From assembly GCA_013151965.1 (NCBI GenBank), contig JAADHF010000131.1, forward strand, positions 129,763 through 193,762: DNA of 64,000 nucleotides. Direction: 5' to 3'. The DNA is from Spirochaetota bacterium. Its GTDB lineage: Bacteria; Spirochaetota; Spirochaetia; SZUA-6. The notes beneath the pieces are model-generated. The model saw only the letters and a list, made by a program, of their open reading frames with translations. It was not told the DNA's origin and did no database searches. Of the stretch, positions 41,945 through 51,741 are shown piece by piece; positions within the stretch are counted from its first letter, which is position 1, and the number at the start of each line of letters is the position of its first letter. Made by a program: the position numbers and the translations under genes.

Positions 41945-42853
41945 TTGGCAAAGAATGTCTTTAAACCCAAGGAAATAATGTACAGGACGAGGAAGGTCTT
42001 TATCGAGCCTCCTCAGATTAAACCGGAAGAACCGGCTGCAGTAGAGGTAATGGAGGAGTATACCGGTCCTTCCGCAGACGATTTAAGGCGCGAAGCCGAA
42101 GAATTCCGGAAAAACTGGGGCAAAGAAAAACAGCAGATGATAGATGCCGCAAAGGCAGAGGCTGATAAGATTATAAAAGATGCGGAAAGAGTTGCATTCG
42201 AAGAGGTCAAGAAAAAAAACAATCAGGCTCAAAAAATACGGCAGGAGGCGGAAGACGAAGCACAAAAGATAATAAGCGAAGCAGGAAAAAAGGCAGAAGA
42301 GATAGAAAATGAAATCCGCAGTAAAGTCGATCAGATAGAGAAAGAATCCTATGAGCGGGGTTATAAAGAGGGTCATGACAGGGGCTATCAGGAAGGCAGG
42401 GAAGAGGTTAAACGCCTTGTCGACAGGCTCCATGCTATTATCTCAAAAGCAATAGAGAAGCGCAATGAAATAATAGAAGAATCGGAAACACAGCTTATTA
42501 ATCTGGTTCTGCTTATCGCAAAGAAGGTAATTAAGGTAATTTCCGAGAATCAGAAAAATGTTGTCATAAACAATGTTGTTCAGGCTCTCAGGAAGCTTAA
42601 GAGCAGGGGCGATGTCGTTATCAGGGTAAATATAGCTGATTTGGAACTTACTTCCGAACATATCAAGGATTTTATGGGCATGGTGGAGAATGTCAAATCG
42701 ATTTCTGTGTTAGAGGATTCCTCAGTGGACAGGGGCGGATGTATCATAGAAACGGATTTCGGGCAGATCGATGCGAGAATCTCCTCGCAGCTTCATGAAA
42801 TAGAAGAGAAAATACTGGAGCTTATGCCTATTAAGGCAAAAGGAGAAGGTTGA
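41945..42853 (+). CDS. fliH: Flagellar assembly protein FliH.
   Basis: The glutamate/lysine-rich coiled-coil N-terminal half and the conserved FliH C-terminal domain are present. TTG start after GGAGGTAAG. Position is between fliG and fliI. Confidence 0.75.
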   Translation: MAKNVFKPKEIMYRTRKVFIEPPQIKPEEPAAVEVMEEYTGPSADDLRREAEEFRKNWGKEKQQMIDAAKAEADKIIKDAERVAFEEVKKKNNQAQKIRQEAEDEAQKIISEAGKKAEEIENEIRSKVDQIEKESYERGYKEGHDRGYQEGREEVKRLVDRLHAIISKAIEKRNEIIEESETQLINLVLLIAKKVIKVISENQKNVVINNVVQALRKLKSRGDVVIRVNIADLELTSEHIKDFMGMVENVKSISVLEDSSVDRGGCIIETDFGQIDARISSQLHEIEEKILELMPIKAKGEG

Positions 42854-42879
42854 TTTTTCCGCTTAAATGGGAGGGGAAA

Positions 42880-44238
42880 ATGGGAATATTTGATAAATAC
42901 TCATGTCAATTGGAAAGAGTCGATCCGATTAAATATACCGGTAGTGTTACCATGGTGCAGGGACTTCTTATAGAAAGCAGGGGACCTCATGCCGTGGTCG
43001 GAGAGCTTTGCCAGATTCTTGTGCCCAGGGGCAGAGGTATAGTATGGGCGGAGGTTGTCGGTCTTAAGGGCAAAACGGTACAGCTTATGACATACGATGA
43101 AATGGAAGGGATAGAAGTCGGATGTATTGTGATAGCCATGGGAGAACATCTCAGTGTACCGGTTTCGGAAAAACTCTTAGGCAGGGTTCTGGATGCAATG
43201 GGAAGACCGATAGACGGCAAAGGGGATATAGGTTCTCCCGGTCTGTACTCTATTTTCGGTACTCCTCCGGACGTTCTGCGGAGAAAGAGAATAACAGAGA
43301 AAATATCAACCGGCATAAGGGCGATAGATGCCCTTATAACAGTGGGGAAGGGACAGAGAATGGGTATTTTTTCAGGGAGCGGAGTGGGGAAATCCACACT
43401 TCTCGGTATGATAGCAAGGAATACCTCGGCAAGAGTTAATGTGATCGCACTGATCGGTGAAAGAGGAAGAGAGGTGAGGGAATTCATAGAAAACGATCTT
43501 GGCGAAGAAGGGCTTAAACGTTCCGTTATTATTGTGGCTTCCTCCAACAAGCCTCCTATTTCACGTATCAGAGGAGCTTATGTTGCTACTGCTGTAGCGG
43601 AATACTTCCGCGACAGAGGACTCGATGTGATGCTGCTCTTCGATTCCGTAACAAGATTTGCAAGAGCCCAGAGAGAAATAGGCCTTGCTGTCGGTGAGCC
43701 TCCTGCTACAAGGGGATTTACTCCCTCCGTTTTCGCTTTACTTCCGAAATTACTGGAGAGGAGCGGAGCTTCGGAAACCGGGACTGTTACCGGTTTTTAT
43801 ACGATACTGGTCGAAGGCGATGATATGGATGAGCCGATAGCGGATAATGTACGGGGGATTCTGGACGGCCATATCGTGCTGGAGAGAAAGCTTGCCGAAA
43901 AAAATCATTACCCTGCAATCGATGTATTAAAATCGATTTCCCGGCTGGCGGTGTCCGTGACGGGTGATGCAACAAAAAAAGCGGCAGGTTTTATAAAGAG
44001 AATGCTTGCCGTGTATTCGGAAGCGGAAGACCTGATAAATGTAGGAGCCTATGCAAGGGGAAGCAATGAGGAAATTGACCTGGCTATCGATAAATTACCG
44101 GAGATTAACGCATTTTTAGTTCAGGGGATAACTGAAAAATCTACAGTGCGGGATGCTATTGTCCGGGCCGGGGAAATAGCCGGAATCGGGATACCGGAAG
44201 AGGAGATTGGTGTTGAGGCGCTTCAGGTTCAGGCTTGA
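42880..44238 (+). CDS. fliI: Flagellum-specific ATP synthase FliI.
   Basis: Walker A GIFSGSGVGKSTLLGMI. F1-ATPase-like fold. The ORF track starts at 42850, but ATG 42880 after GGGAGGGG is the more plausible start. Confidence 0.95.
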   Translation: MGIFDKYSCQLERVDPIKYTGSVTMVQGLLIESRGPHAVVGELCQILVPRGRGIVWAEVVGLKGKTVQLMTYDEMEGIEVGCIVIAMGEHLSVPVSEKLLGRVLDAMGRPIDGKGDIGSPGLYSIFGTPPDVLRRKRITEKISTGIRAIDALITVGKGQRMGIFSGSGVGKSTLLGMIARNTSARVNVIALIGERGREVREFIENDLGEEGLKRSVIIVASSNKPPISRIRGAYVATAVAEYFRDRGLDVMLLFDSVTRFARAQREIGLAVGEPPATRGFTPSVFALLPKLLERSGASETGTVTGFYTILVEGDDMDEPIADNVRGILDGHIVLERKLAEKNHYPAIDVLKSISRLAVSVTGDATKKAAGFIKRMLAVYSEAEDLINVGAYARGSNEEIDLAIDKLPEINAFLVQGITEKSTVRDAIVRAGEIAGIGIPEEEIGVEALQVQA

Positions 44239-44650
44239 GAAACTTCTTATCTTAAGGAGACATGCCGAGAAAGAATGGGAGATTAAACTGGCGGAAATTA
44301 CCGGAATATGTATAAAACTGGAAAAAGGGATGATAAAAGCGGAGTCCGAAAAGACAAGGGTCCTTATGGAACTTAAGGCAGGCAGAGGAATGGTTGATAT
44401 GGAAATATTACGGTACAGGGAGCAATATACAGGGCGGCTGAATCATAGACTCCGGGAGTTGGAAGATGAACTTGTTAAAAAAAGAATCGAATTGGAAAAG
44501 ATTCGAAAAAAATATATCGAGGTTTCAAGGGACAGAAAGGTTATTGGAAAGTTAAAAGACCGGCGTGAAGCCGAATACTATAAAAATTTAAAGTTGGAAG
44601 AAATAAAGATAATGGATGATATTAATGTCAAAAAAAAATATATTAATTAG
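44207..44650 (+). CDS. fliJ: Flagellar export chaperone FliJ (coiled coil, 147 aa).
   Basis: Size and a fully coiled-coil character. Position is immediately after fliI, with a TTG/GTG start region overlapping the fliI 3' end. Confidence 0.65.
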   Translation: MVLRRFRFRLEKLLILRRHAEKEWEIKLAEITGICIKLEKGMIKAESEKTRVLMELKAGRGMVDMEILRYREQYTGRLNHRLRELEDELVKKRIELEKIRKKYIEVSRDRKVIGKLKDRREAEYYKNLKLEEIKIMDDINVKKKYIN

Positions 44651-44659
44651 GAGGGTCTT

Positions 44660-45283
44660 TTGGCTTACTACGGAGGTATAGGGGCCGTCGCAAGAGTTTT
44701 TATACTGTTTCTTCTGGTTATTGTTCTGGTATTGGGAGGGCTTATCTGGTTCGACTATCTTGGAATAATCGACGTTAAGGAGACTCTTTCTCCCGTTTTC
44801 GAAGCTGTCGGCCTGCACAAACGGACACCGGTAAAAGCAATAGATGATCCTCTTCTCCTGGAGAGGGTGAGGATTAAAAAGAAAGAAGAGGCTCTTATTA
44901 TCACAGCGGAAAAACTTGATAAACGTGCTGAGGATTTAAAAAAACGTGAAGATGAGTTGAGCCAGAAGATGGAAAAAGTGGCGGAAGAAGAAAAAGCTAT
45001 TGCAGAAAAGGAAAAATCGTTTAACGAAAGGGTAAAAGCATTCGAGAATAGAAGAGTGAACCTGGTGCAGAATTCAAAATACCTGGTTGGAATGCCTCCG
45101 GAAAAGGCAGTGGCAATACTTTTAAAGATGGATGATCAGGATATTATAGACACCTTCAGGATTACGGAAGAAGAGGCGGCAAAAGCCGGGGAGACCTCAT
45201 TAGTCGCCTACTGGCTTTCTCTTATGCCTCCCGAACGTGCAGCTGAACTTGAACGGAAAATGGCCAGGATGCCGAAGAGTTAA
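44660..45283 (+). CDS. FlbB/YlxF-like flagellar protein (N-terminal TM plus MgtE_N-like C-terminal region).
   Basis: TM FILFLLVIVLVLGGLIWF. C-terminal AILLKMDDQDIIDTF. It lies between fliJ and the fliK-like gene, as with B. subtilis ylxF and what I recall of Borrelia flbB. Confidence 0.55.
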   Translation: MAYYGGIGAVARVFILFLLVIVLVLGGLIWFDYLGIIDVKETLSPVFEAVGLHKRTPVKAIDDPLLLERVRIKKKEEALIITAEKLDKRAEDLKKREDELSQKMEKVAEEEKAIAEKEKSFNERVKAFENRRVNLVQNSKYLVGMPPEKAVAILLKMDDQDIIDTFRITEEEAAKAGETSLVAYWLSLMPPERAAELERKMARMPKS

Positions 45284-45306
45284 CGGAAGGCATAAAGGAG
45301 TAATAT

Positions 45307-46485
45307 TTGGCTTTTTTACAGGCGGAGAATGTCAAAATAGGTAATAAAGTTGTAGAACCTGTTAAGACGGTACGGCTTTCAAAGAAAGAGCCGCCGGCAG
45401 GTAATTTTTCGAAAATACTTAAAGGAAAGGGGAATGCGGTTTTCCTGCTTAAAAAAAAGATTTCCGCTTTGATAGATAATATGCTTAAAGAACATACAGG
45501 GCGGGTTTCTGAAAATAATTCTAAAAATAAATCTGCAGATGGTTCCGCCGGTTCCATAGAACTTAAAGCGCTGTCAGCCGTAAAGCAGCTTCTTGAAATG
45601 CTTGGGAATAACGATAAAATCAAGGGCGAAGATAAAGAATCACTGTTAAAAAAACTTCTGGCTGAAATCAAGAAGGGCAACAGTAACTCTCTTCTCGTAT
45701 TTACGGATGAACAGATAGAACTTATTAAAAGCATAATTACTGCAAAGAACGCCGGCAGCGGTATCAAGGCAGCAGGGAAAACGGGAGCTTTAAAAACTGC
45801 TTCTGATACTCCGGTAACGGATATGCGTAAGCATACAGTCGAGCCTCTTAAAAAACTGAAGATTACCGATTTAAGAAGCGGAAAAAAAACAGTTCTGTCT
45901 CATAAGGATAATAGGGAAACTGCTAAGAATTTAAACAGTACGAACATGAATAAAACAGGCACTTTTAAGAATGTATCCGCATTTCGTGTTTCGAATATAA
46001 CTGCTTCGGAAGGCAATTCGAAAAATCATGATGCGGAAAACGGCCGTTTCGAGACTGTTCTGGATAAAATTCGTGATATATTAAAACCTTATTCTGTTAA
46101 GCGAAGCAGTATAATACTTAAGGATAACGGAAACGGAGAGATAAGATTAATCTTAAAGCCGGAATCCCTTGGAAATATAAAGATAAAATTGAATATTACA
46201 GAGAATCATATAGCCGGCAAAATAGTTGTCGAAAATAATAGTATGAGGCAGTTAATAGAAAATCATCTTACCGACTTAAAAACAGCTCTTAACAGTGACG
46301 GCTTCCAGAGTTCAAGTTTCGATGTTTCCGTGGGGAACGGACTGGCAGGCCGCAGGCAGTACGGAAATTCCGAAAGGTATGATGAATATAAAAATACTGC
46401 CGATGCCATAGAGGAATTTGATAACAGCATAGCTCTGCTGCCTCAGTTAGGCAGAGAGGATCTGGTAGTAAATCTTGTTGTTTAG
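45307..46485 (+). CDS. fliK: Hook-length control protein FliK-like (Tap1-like), with a C-terminal Flg_hook domain.
   Basis: The C-terminal region EIRLILKPESLGNIKIKLNITENHIAGKIVVENNSMRQLIENHLTDLKTALNSDGFQ matches the FliK C-terminal domain. TTG start 9 nt after AAGGAG. Confidence 0.75.
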   Translation: MAFLQAENVKIGNKVVEPVKTVRLSKKEPPAGNFSKILKGKGNAVFLLKKKISALIDNMLKEHTGRVSENNSKNKSADGSAGSIELKALSAVKQLLEMLGNNDKIKGEDKESLLKKLLAEIKKGNSNSLLVFTDEQIELIKSIITAKNAGSGIKAAGKTGALKTASDTPVTDMRKHTVEPLKKLKITDLRSGKKTVLSHKDNRETAKNLNSTNMNKTGTFKNVSAFRVSNITASEGNSKNHDAENGRFETVLDKIRDILKPYSVKRSSIILKDNGNGEIRLILKPESLGNIKIKLNITENHIAGKIVVENNSMRQLIENHLTDLKTALNSDGFQSSSFDVSVGNGLAGRRQYGNSERYDEYKNTADAIEEFDNSIALLPQLGREDLVVNLVV

Positions 46486-46497
46486 AATGGAGGAACC

Positions 46498-46932
46498 ATG
46501 GATATAGCAACGGTATTATCACCTGCCGAACTTGCAAGTCTAAAGCAGAAGGTGAACACACTTAATAAACGTGTAAACAAAGGAAAAAGTATTAAAACAG
46601 CATTGGATAAGAATGATTTTCTAAAGATGTTGATTACCCAGCTGACACATCAGGATCCCACAGAGCCTATGAAGGACCGGGATTTCATTGCACAGATGGC
46701 TCAGTTTTCTACGCTTGAGCAGATTACAAATATGAATGAGGGAATATCAAAAGTATTGAGTCTTGTTTCCACATCACAGGCTTTTTCGCTGCTCGGGAAA
46801 ACCGTTACCGTAACTGACGGAAAGGGAGAAGTTACAGGATTGGTCGAAGAAATAACCGGAGGGGAGTTCCCGCAGGTGTATGTCGGTGGGAAATACTACA
46901 ATATCACAGATATTAAGAGGGTAAAGAAATGA
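46498..46932 (+). CDS. flgD: Flagellar hook capping/assembly protein FlgD.
   Basis: [40 protein letters not shown] is the conserved FlgD N-domain. Confidence 0.9.
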   Translation: MDIATVLSPAELASLKQKVNTLNKRVNKGKSIKTALDKNDFLKMLITQLTHQDPTEPMKDRDFIAQMAQFSTLEQITNMNEGISKVLSLVSTSQAFSLLGKTVTVTDGKGEVTGLVEEITGGEFPQVYVGGKYYNITDIKRVKK

Positions 46933-48317
46933 TGCGTTCATTGTATGCGGGCGTTTCCGGCCTGCAAAACCATCAGATTAGGATGGATGTACTCGGAAAC
47001 AATATCTCCAATGTAAATACTATCGGGTTTAAAAAGGGAAGGGTGACCTTCCATGACATGCTTTCCCAGACACTCTCCGGTGCTGCAAAACCTACCGATG
47101 AAGTCGGCGGCGTTAATCCCCAGCAGGTGGGGCTCGGTATGATGGTGGCTTCGATCGATACCATTCATACTCAAGGGTCTCTCCAGACTACGGGAGTTAT
47201 GACGGATCTCGCCATAGAGGGAGACGGCTTTTTCATAGAAAAAGCCGGTGATAAAACCTTTTATACACGGGCAGGCAACTTCGGCCTCGATAGAGACGGG
47301 ACGCTTGTAAATCCGGCGAACGGACTTAGAGTGCAGGGCTGGACGGCCAAAACCGTCGGAGGCATAACGAGGATAAATCGAGCCGGGGACACGGAAAATC
47401 TTGTTATACCTGTTGGAGATAAAGATCCTGCTTCGGCAACAACGGAAGTTTACTTTGCCTCCAATCTGGACAAGAGGACGCCTTTGATTCCCGCAGGGGC
47501 AGGTGCCGAGGATACGCAAAAAGGAACCTGGACAACGACTCACGATATATATGATTCCTTCGGAAAGGTTCACAAGCTGCAGGTGAATTTTACTAAAGTG
47601 GCCGGAATTGCAAACAGATGGCGGGCAGAGGTCATCGTGGATCCGAATGCGGCGAATCCGACCAATACAACGGTAGAGGTGGGTGCTGCAAATAATACAA
47701 ATAATATTTTCTTTCTCGATTTTGATAATCTGGGAGCATTAAAGGCGGTATCCGATGCCCAGGGTGATACCCTTAATACCGGGGCACTTCAGGTTCCCGT
47801 TTCATTTGATGTACCTGATGCTACCATACCTGCAGGTGCTGCTGCCGTAAGGCAGACATTTAACCTTAATTTAGGTGGTGTAGGTTCTTACAGGAACAGT
47901 ATAACACAATTTGCAGATAAAAGTTCCACGAAAATTACAAGGCAGAATGGTTATAATATGGGCTACCTGGAAAGCTTTAAGATCGATCAGTCCGGGATAA
48001 TTACAGGGGTTTATACTAATGGTACAAAAAGAATGTTAGGGCAGGTCGCCCTTGCATCTTTTACAAATCCGGGAGGCCTGGAGAAAGAAGGGGAAAGTAC
48101 CTATGTCGTATCGAATAACTCGGGTGATCCGAATGTAGGAGCCTCCGGTACTGCAGGCAAGGGTAAGATTATTGCCGGGGCTCTGGAAATGAGTAATGTA
48201 GATCTTGCCGAACAGTTTACCGATATGATCGTTACACAGAGAGGTTTTCAGGCAAATTCACGGACAATAACAACGTCGGATCAGATGCTTCAGGAACTGT
48301 TAACTTTAAAACGATAA
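46929..48317 (+). CDS. flgE: Flagellar hook protein FlgE.
   Basis: N-terminal [25 protein letters not shown] and C-terminal [40 protein letters not shown] are present. There is no cysteine in the 462 aa. Confidence 0.95.
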   Translation: MMRSLYAGVSGLQNHQIRMDVLGNNISNVNTIGFKKGRVTFHDMLSQTLSGAAKPTDEVGGVNPQQVGLGMMVASIDTIHTQGSLQTTGVMTDLAIEGDGFFIEKAGDKTFYTRAGNFGLDRDGTLVNPANGLRVQGWTAKTVGGITRINRAGDTENLVIPVGDKDPASATTEVYFASNLDKRTPLIPAGAGAEDTQKGTWTTTHDIYDSFGKVHKLQVNFTKVAGIANRWRAEVIVDPNAANPTNTTVEVGAANNTNNIFFLDFDNLGALKAVSDAQGDTLNTGALQVPVSFDVPDATIPAGAAAVRQTFNLNLGGVGSYRNSITQFADKSSTKITRQNGYNMGYLESFKIDQSGIITGVYTNGTKRMLGQVALASFTNPGGLEKEGESTYVVSNNSGDPNVGASGTAGKGKIIAGALEMSNVDLAEQFTDMIVTQRGFQANSRTITTSDQMLQELLTLKR

Positions 48318-48338
48318 GGTGGTATAATTAAATAAGCG

Positions 48339-48536
48339 ATGATAGAATTAACGAAGTTAGGCGGAACGACATTTTATGTAAATCCGCATCAGATCGAATA
48401 TATCGAGTGTAATCCCGATACTACGCTTGTAATGCTGTCCGGAAAGCGTTTAATCGTTCTTGAAGATTACGATACCGTATTTAATAGAATAGTCGATTAC
48501 AGGAGATTAATCGGTGCATTTAAAAACGAGGAGTAA
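48339..48536 (+). CDS. flbD: Flagellar protein FlbD.
   Basis: 65 aa. MIELTKLGGTTFYVNPHQIEYIE is the FlbD signature. It lies between flgE and motA, the position I recall for Borrelia flbD. Confidence 0.85.
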   Translation: MIELTKLGGTTFYVNPHQIEYIECNPDTTLVMLSGKRLIVLEDYDTVFNRIVDYRRLIGAFKNEE

Positions 48537-48540
48537 ATAG

Positions 48541-49323
48541 ATGGATCTGGGGACCATCGTTGGTGTAATTGCAGGTTTCGCTCTGCTTGTTATGGCTATT
48601 TTAACAAACGGCGGCCAGATGGGAGCATATTTGAATCTCCCTTCCTTTATTATGGTTCTGGGGGGGTCATTTGCAGCATTACTGGTTTCGAATCCAATGG
48701 CCCGTGTGCTCGGTATTATGAAATATATTAATATCGGGCTGCACGTTCCGAATTATGAAGAGGAGCGGATTATATCGCGTCTGGTTGCATTTTCCGAAAA
48801 GGCAAGGCGGGAGGGTCTCCTTGCACTGGAGGATGACCTGGAAGAGGTGGATGACGAATTCCTGCGCAAGGGAATTCAGCTTGTTGTTGACGGAACCGAT
48901 CCTGATATCATTAAAAACATACTATACAATGAGCTTAACCAGATACAGGAACGGCATGTAAACGGGCAGAACATTTTTAATCAATGGGGTAAACTGGCGC
49001 CTGCATTCGGTATGATAGGTACGCTTGCCGGTCTTATTGCCATGCTTGCAAATATAGAAGACAAATCATCGATCGGCCGCGGCATGGCACTCGCGCTTAT
49101 TACGACACTTTACGGTGCTGTTTTTGCGAATCTTGTTCTTATACCTTACCAGAGTAAACTTGAAGACAGGGACAGGGCAGAGACCCTGGTAAAGGAGATA
49201 ATGATAGAGGGTATTCTTTCCATACAGTCCGGTGATAATCCGAGAATACTGGAGGAAAAGCTTATATCATTCCTGCCTCCTTCAAGAAGGGAAGCTGTAA
49301 AGCAGGAAGCAGCAACCGAATGA
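48541..49323 (+). CDS. motA: Flagellar motor stator protein MotA.
   Basis: Four TMs with the conserved plug/loop. The C-terminal IAMLANIEDKSSIGRGMALALITTLYGAVFANL matches MotA/ExbB/TolQ proteins. Confidence 0.9.
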   Translation: MDLGTIVGVIAGFALLVMAILTNGGQMGAYLNLPSFIMVLGGSFAALLVSNPMARVLGIMKYINIGLHVPNYEEERIISRLVAFSEKARREGLLALEDDLEEVDDEFLRKGIQLVVDGTDPDIIKNILYNELNQIQERHVNGQNIFNQWGKLAPAFGMIGTLAGLIAMLANIEDKSSIGRGMALALITTLYGAVFANLVLIPYQSKLEDRDRAETLVKEIMIEGILSIQSGDNPRILEEKLISFLPPSRREAVKQEAATE

Positions 49324-49337
49324 GGAATAGATAGAGT

Positions 49338-50066
49338 ATGCCGAGAGCGAAAAAACGTAAGAAATGCCAAGAAGGTGCTCCTGACTGGCTCCTGACCTAC
49401 GGAGATATGACAACCCTTCTTTTGACATTTTTTATAATGATGTTTACAACTGCAACAATAGACGGCAGCGAACTCAGGATGATACTTGCCGCTTTTCAGG
49501 GCCTGGGGTCTCTGATGGGAGGGAATACACTGGAAGTGGGAAAACTGGCGGAATTAGGCAATACCATAATGTCATTGCCTTCGAGACAGCGCGGAAGTGC
49601 TCTGGATAAGGCAAGAAGAATGGCAATTTCCCTGTTTCAGCCGGAATTACGAACAAAAAAAGTTCGTATCAAGGAGGACGAGAGAGGCCTTATAATATCG
49701 CTTGCAGCCGATTCGTTTTTTAAACCCGCCAGTGCGGAGGTCGACATCGAAAAAGCGAGAAGTGTACTTCAGAAGGTTTCCAATTTATTATCTTCTTCCG
49801 AGCTTAAAAGCTATATATTTCGTATAGAGGGGCATACCGATTCATTGCCGACTAACCCGAAGGGAAAATGGCCCACAAACTGGGAATTATCCACCGCACG
49901 TGCCACGAATGTACTGCACTATCTTGTCGATTTCGGTGTTAACGAGAATCAATTTCAGGTAGCGGGTTTTGCGGATACTGTTCCTCTTGCAAGTAACGAT
50001 ACTCCGGAGGGAAGGGCTTATAACAGGCGGGTAGATATTGTTGTTTTAACAAAGGGGCATTTATAA
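49338..50066 (+). CDS. motB: Flagellar motor stator protein MotB (OmpA-like peptidoglycan-binding C-terminus).
   Basis: The N-terminal DWLLTYGDMTTLLLTFFIMMF includes the conserved Asp. OmpA-like GHTDSLP...NWELSTARATNV. Confidence 0.9.
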   Translation: MPRAKKRKKCQEGAPDWLLTYGDMTTLLLTFFIMMFTTATIDGSELRMILAAFQGLGSLMGGNTLEVGKLAELGNTIMSLPSRQRGSALDKARRMAISLFQPELRTKKVRIKEDERGLIISLAADSFFKPASAEVDIEKARSVLQKVSNLLSSSELKSYIFRIEGHTDSLPTNPKGKWPTNWELSTARATNVLHYLVDFGVNENQFQVAGFADTVPLASNDTPEGRAYNRRVDIVVLTKGHL

Positions 50067-50143
50067 TGCATAAGTGTTTGAATATTTATTTATATTTTGA
50101 TAGATTTATCAATGTAAAAATAACGTAACCGGGAGATATAAGG

Positions 50144-50698
50144 ATGTCCGACGAAGAGAGTTTGAATCTTGAAGACGTAGGAGCTGGTACCGAAGAAGCT
50201 GAAACCGGACAGAAAAAGGGAAGTTTCCTGTCCGGTGCCTTGATATCGATACTTAAATGGGCGGCAATCGGTATCGGTATAATTATACTGGTTGTAACAA
50301 CTACCGTTGTAACCTTTAATATGATTAACAAGGGGAGACGGGCCGAGAATATTGCAACTATTTCACCGGAGTACAAGGCTAAAGCTCCGCCGCAGGAGTA
50401 TTATGATAATATCGAGTCGATAAGAGGCGTTACATCCGATCAGGTTCCGTCTATTTTCTCACTGAAAGTGAGTATAGGATATGCAATGGGAAATAAGGAT
50501 ATTAACACGGAACTTATTGCACGTTCCAGGCAGATACAGAACATAATATTTCTGTATATAAGCCAGAAAAAGGCGGATGAGCTGACTCCTGTTCATTATG
50601 CACAACTGGAAGAAGATTTAAAACAGCGGTTAAACCTTATAATGCAGAGCGGAAAGATAGATTCGGTAGTTTTCCGTGAATTTGTCGTTACAAGATAG
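50144..50698 (+). CDS. fliL: Flagellar basal body-associated protein FliL.
   Basis: Single N-terminal TM (AAIGIGIIILVVTTTVVTF) plus a periplasmic FliL domain. Position is after motB. Confidence 0.8.
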   Translation: MSDEESLNLEDVGAGTEEAETGQKKGSFLSGALISILKWAAIGIGIIILVVTTTVVTFNMINKGRRAENIATISPEYKAKAPPQEYYDNIESIRGVTSDQVPSIFSLKVSIGYAMGNKDINTELIARSRQIQNIIFLYISQKKADELTPVHYAQLEEDLKQRLNLIMQSGKIDSVVFREFVVTR

Positions 50699-50709
50699 GG
50701 AGGAAATAG

Positions 50710-51741
50710 ATGACAGAGGTTCTTTCGCAGGATGAGATAGATCAGCTTCTAACTGCTATTTCATCAGGCGAAGTAGATACAGAAGAAATACATCAGGCAA
50801 CAGATCAGCGTAAAATAAAAATATACGACTTTAAACGTCCTGATAAATTCTCAAAAGACCAGATCAGAACTGTATCTATAATGCATGAAACGTTTGCGAG
50901 GCTTACAACCACTTCTCTTTCCGCCCAGTTAAGAAGCCTGGTTCATGTGCATGTTGCTTCCGTTGATCAGCTTACCTATGAAGAATTTATTCGTTCCATT
51001 CCCAATCCGACTACATTGGCTGTTATTAATATGGATCCTCTTAAAGGATCGGCGATATTGGAAATCGATCCTTCGGTAACCTTTTCCATAATAGACAGGT
51101 TGTTCGGAGGACAGGGGGAGGGAGCGAAATTTACAAGAGATTTGACCGATATAGAACAGTCGGTTATGGAAGGAATTATAGTCCGTGTACTTGGAAACTT
51201 AAGGGAGGCCTGGAGTACGGTAATAGATCTTCGGCCGAGACTCGGGCAGATAGAGACAAATCCTCAGTTTGCACAGATTGTGCCGCCTACGGAGATGGTC
51301 GTTCTTGTTACATTAGAGACAAAGGTCGGTGAAGTCGAGGGGATGATGAATTTCTGTATTCCTTATCTTACAATAGAACCTATAATTTCCAAGCTTTCCG
51401 CACAGTACTGGTATTCTTCTGTGCGGAGAGGTACAACAACTGAGAATTTAAACATACTTCGTGAACGTCTCTCTACGATAGAAGTAACTCTTATTGCAGA
51501 GATAGGAAAGATTAATCTGACTGTTCGTGATGTTTTATCTCTCAGACAGGGAGATATTATCAGATTGGATAGTGTCCGGGTAAATGATCCTCTGTCTTTG
51601 AGGATCGGCGACAGACAAAAATTTTTATGCAGACCGGGAGTCGTAGGAAATAAATTAGCCGTACAGGTAATCAAAAAAATGGAAGGTCTCGATGAAGAAG
51701 AATTTGAAGAACTTGCGGCGGAAGGGGAGGAAGAAGAATGA
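50710..51741 (+). CDS. fliM: Flagellar motor switch protein FliM.
   Basis: N-terminal CheY-P-binding motif LSQDEIDQLL. CheC-like middle domain. C-terminal SpoA (LRQGDIIRLD). Confidence 0.9.
   Translation: MTEVLSQDEIDQLLTAISSGEVDTEEIHQATDQRKIKIYDFKRPDKFSKDQIRTVSIMHETFARLTTTSLSAQLRSLVHVHVASVDQLTYEEFIRSIPNPTTLAVINMDPLKGSAILEIDPSVTFSIIDRLFGGQGEGAKFTRDLTDIEQSVMEGIIVRVLGNLREAWSTVIDLRPRLGQIETNPQFAQIVPPTEMVVLVTLETKVGEVEGMMNFCIPYLTIEPIISKLSAQYWYSSVRRGTTTENLNILRERLSTIEVTLIAEIGKINLTVRDVLSLRQGDIIRLDSVRVNDPLSLRIGDRQKFLCRPGVVGNKLAVQVIKKMEGLDEEEFEELAAEGEEEE

Noticed and set aside
48299-48338. Perfect TATAAT (48323-48328) with TTAACT 17 nt upstream, at the flgE-flbD junction.
   Set aside because: It would place the TSS about 4 nt before the flbD ATG with no RBS. 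It more likely reflects AT-rich junction sequence. It is kept only as a weak candidate internal promoter.
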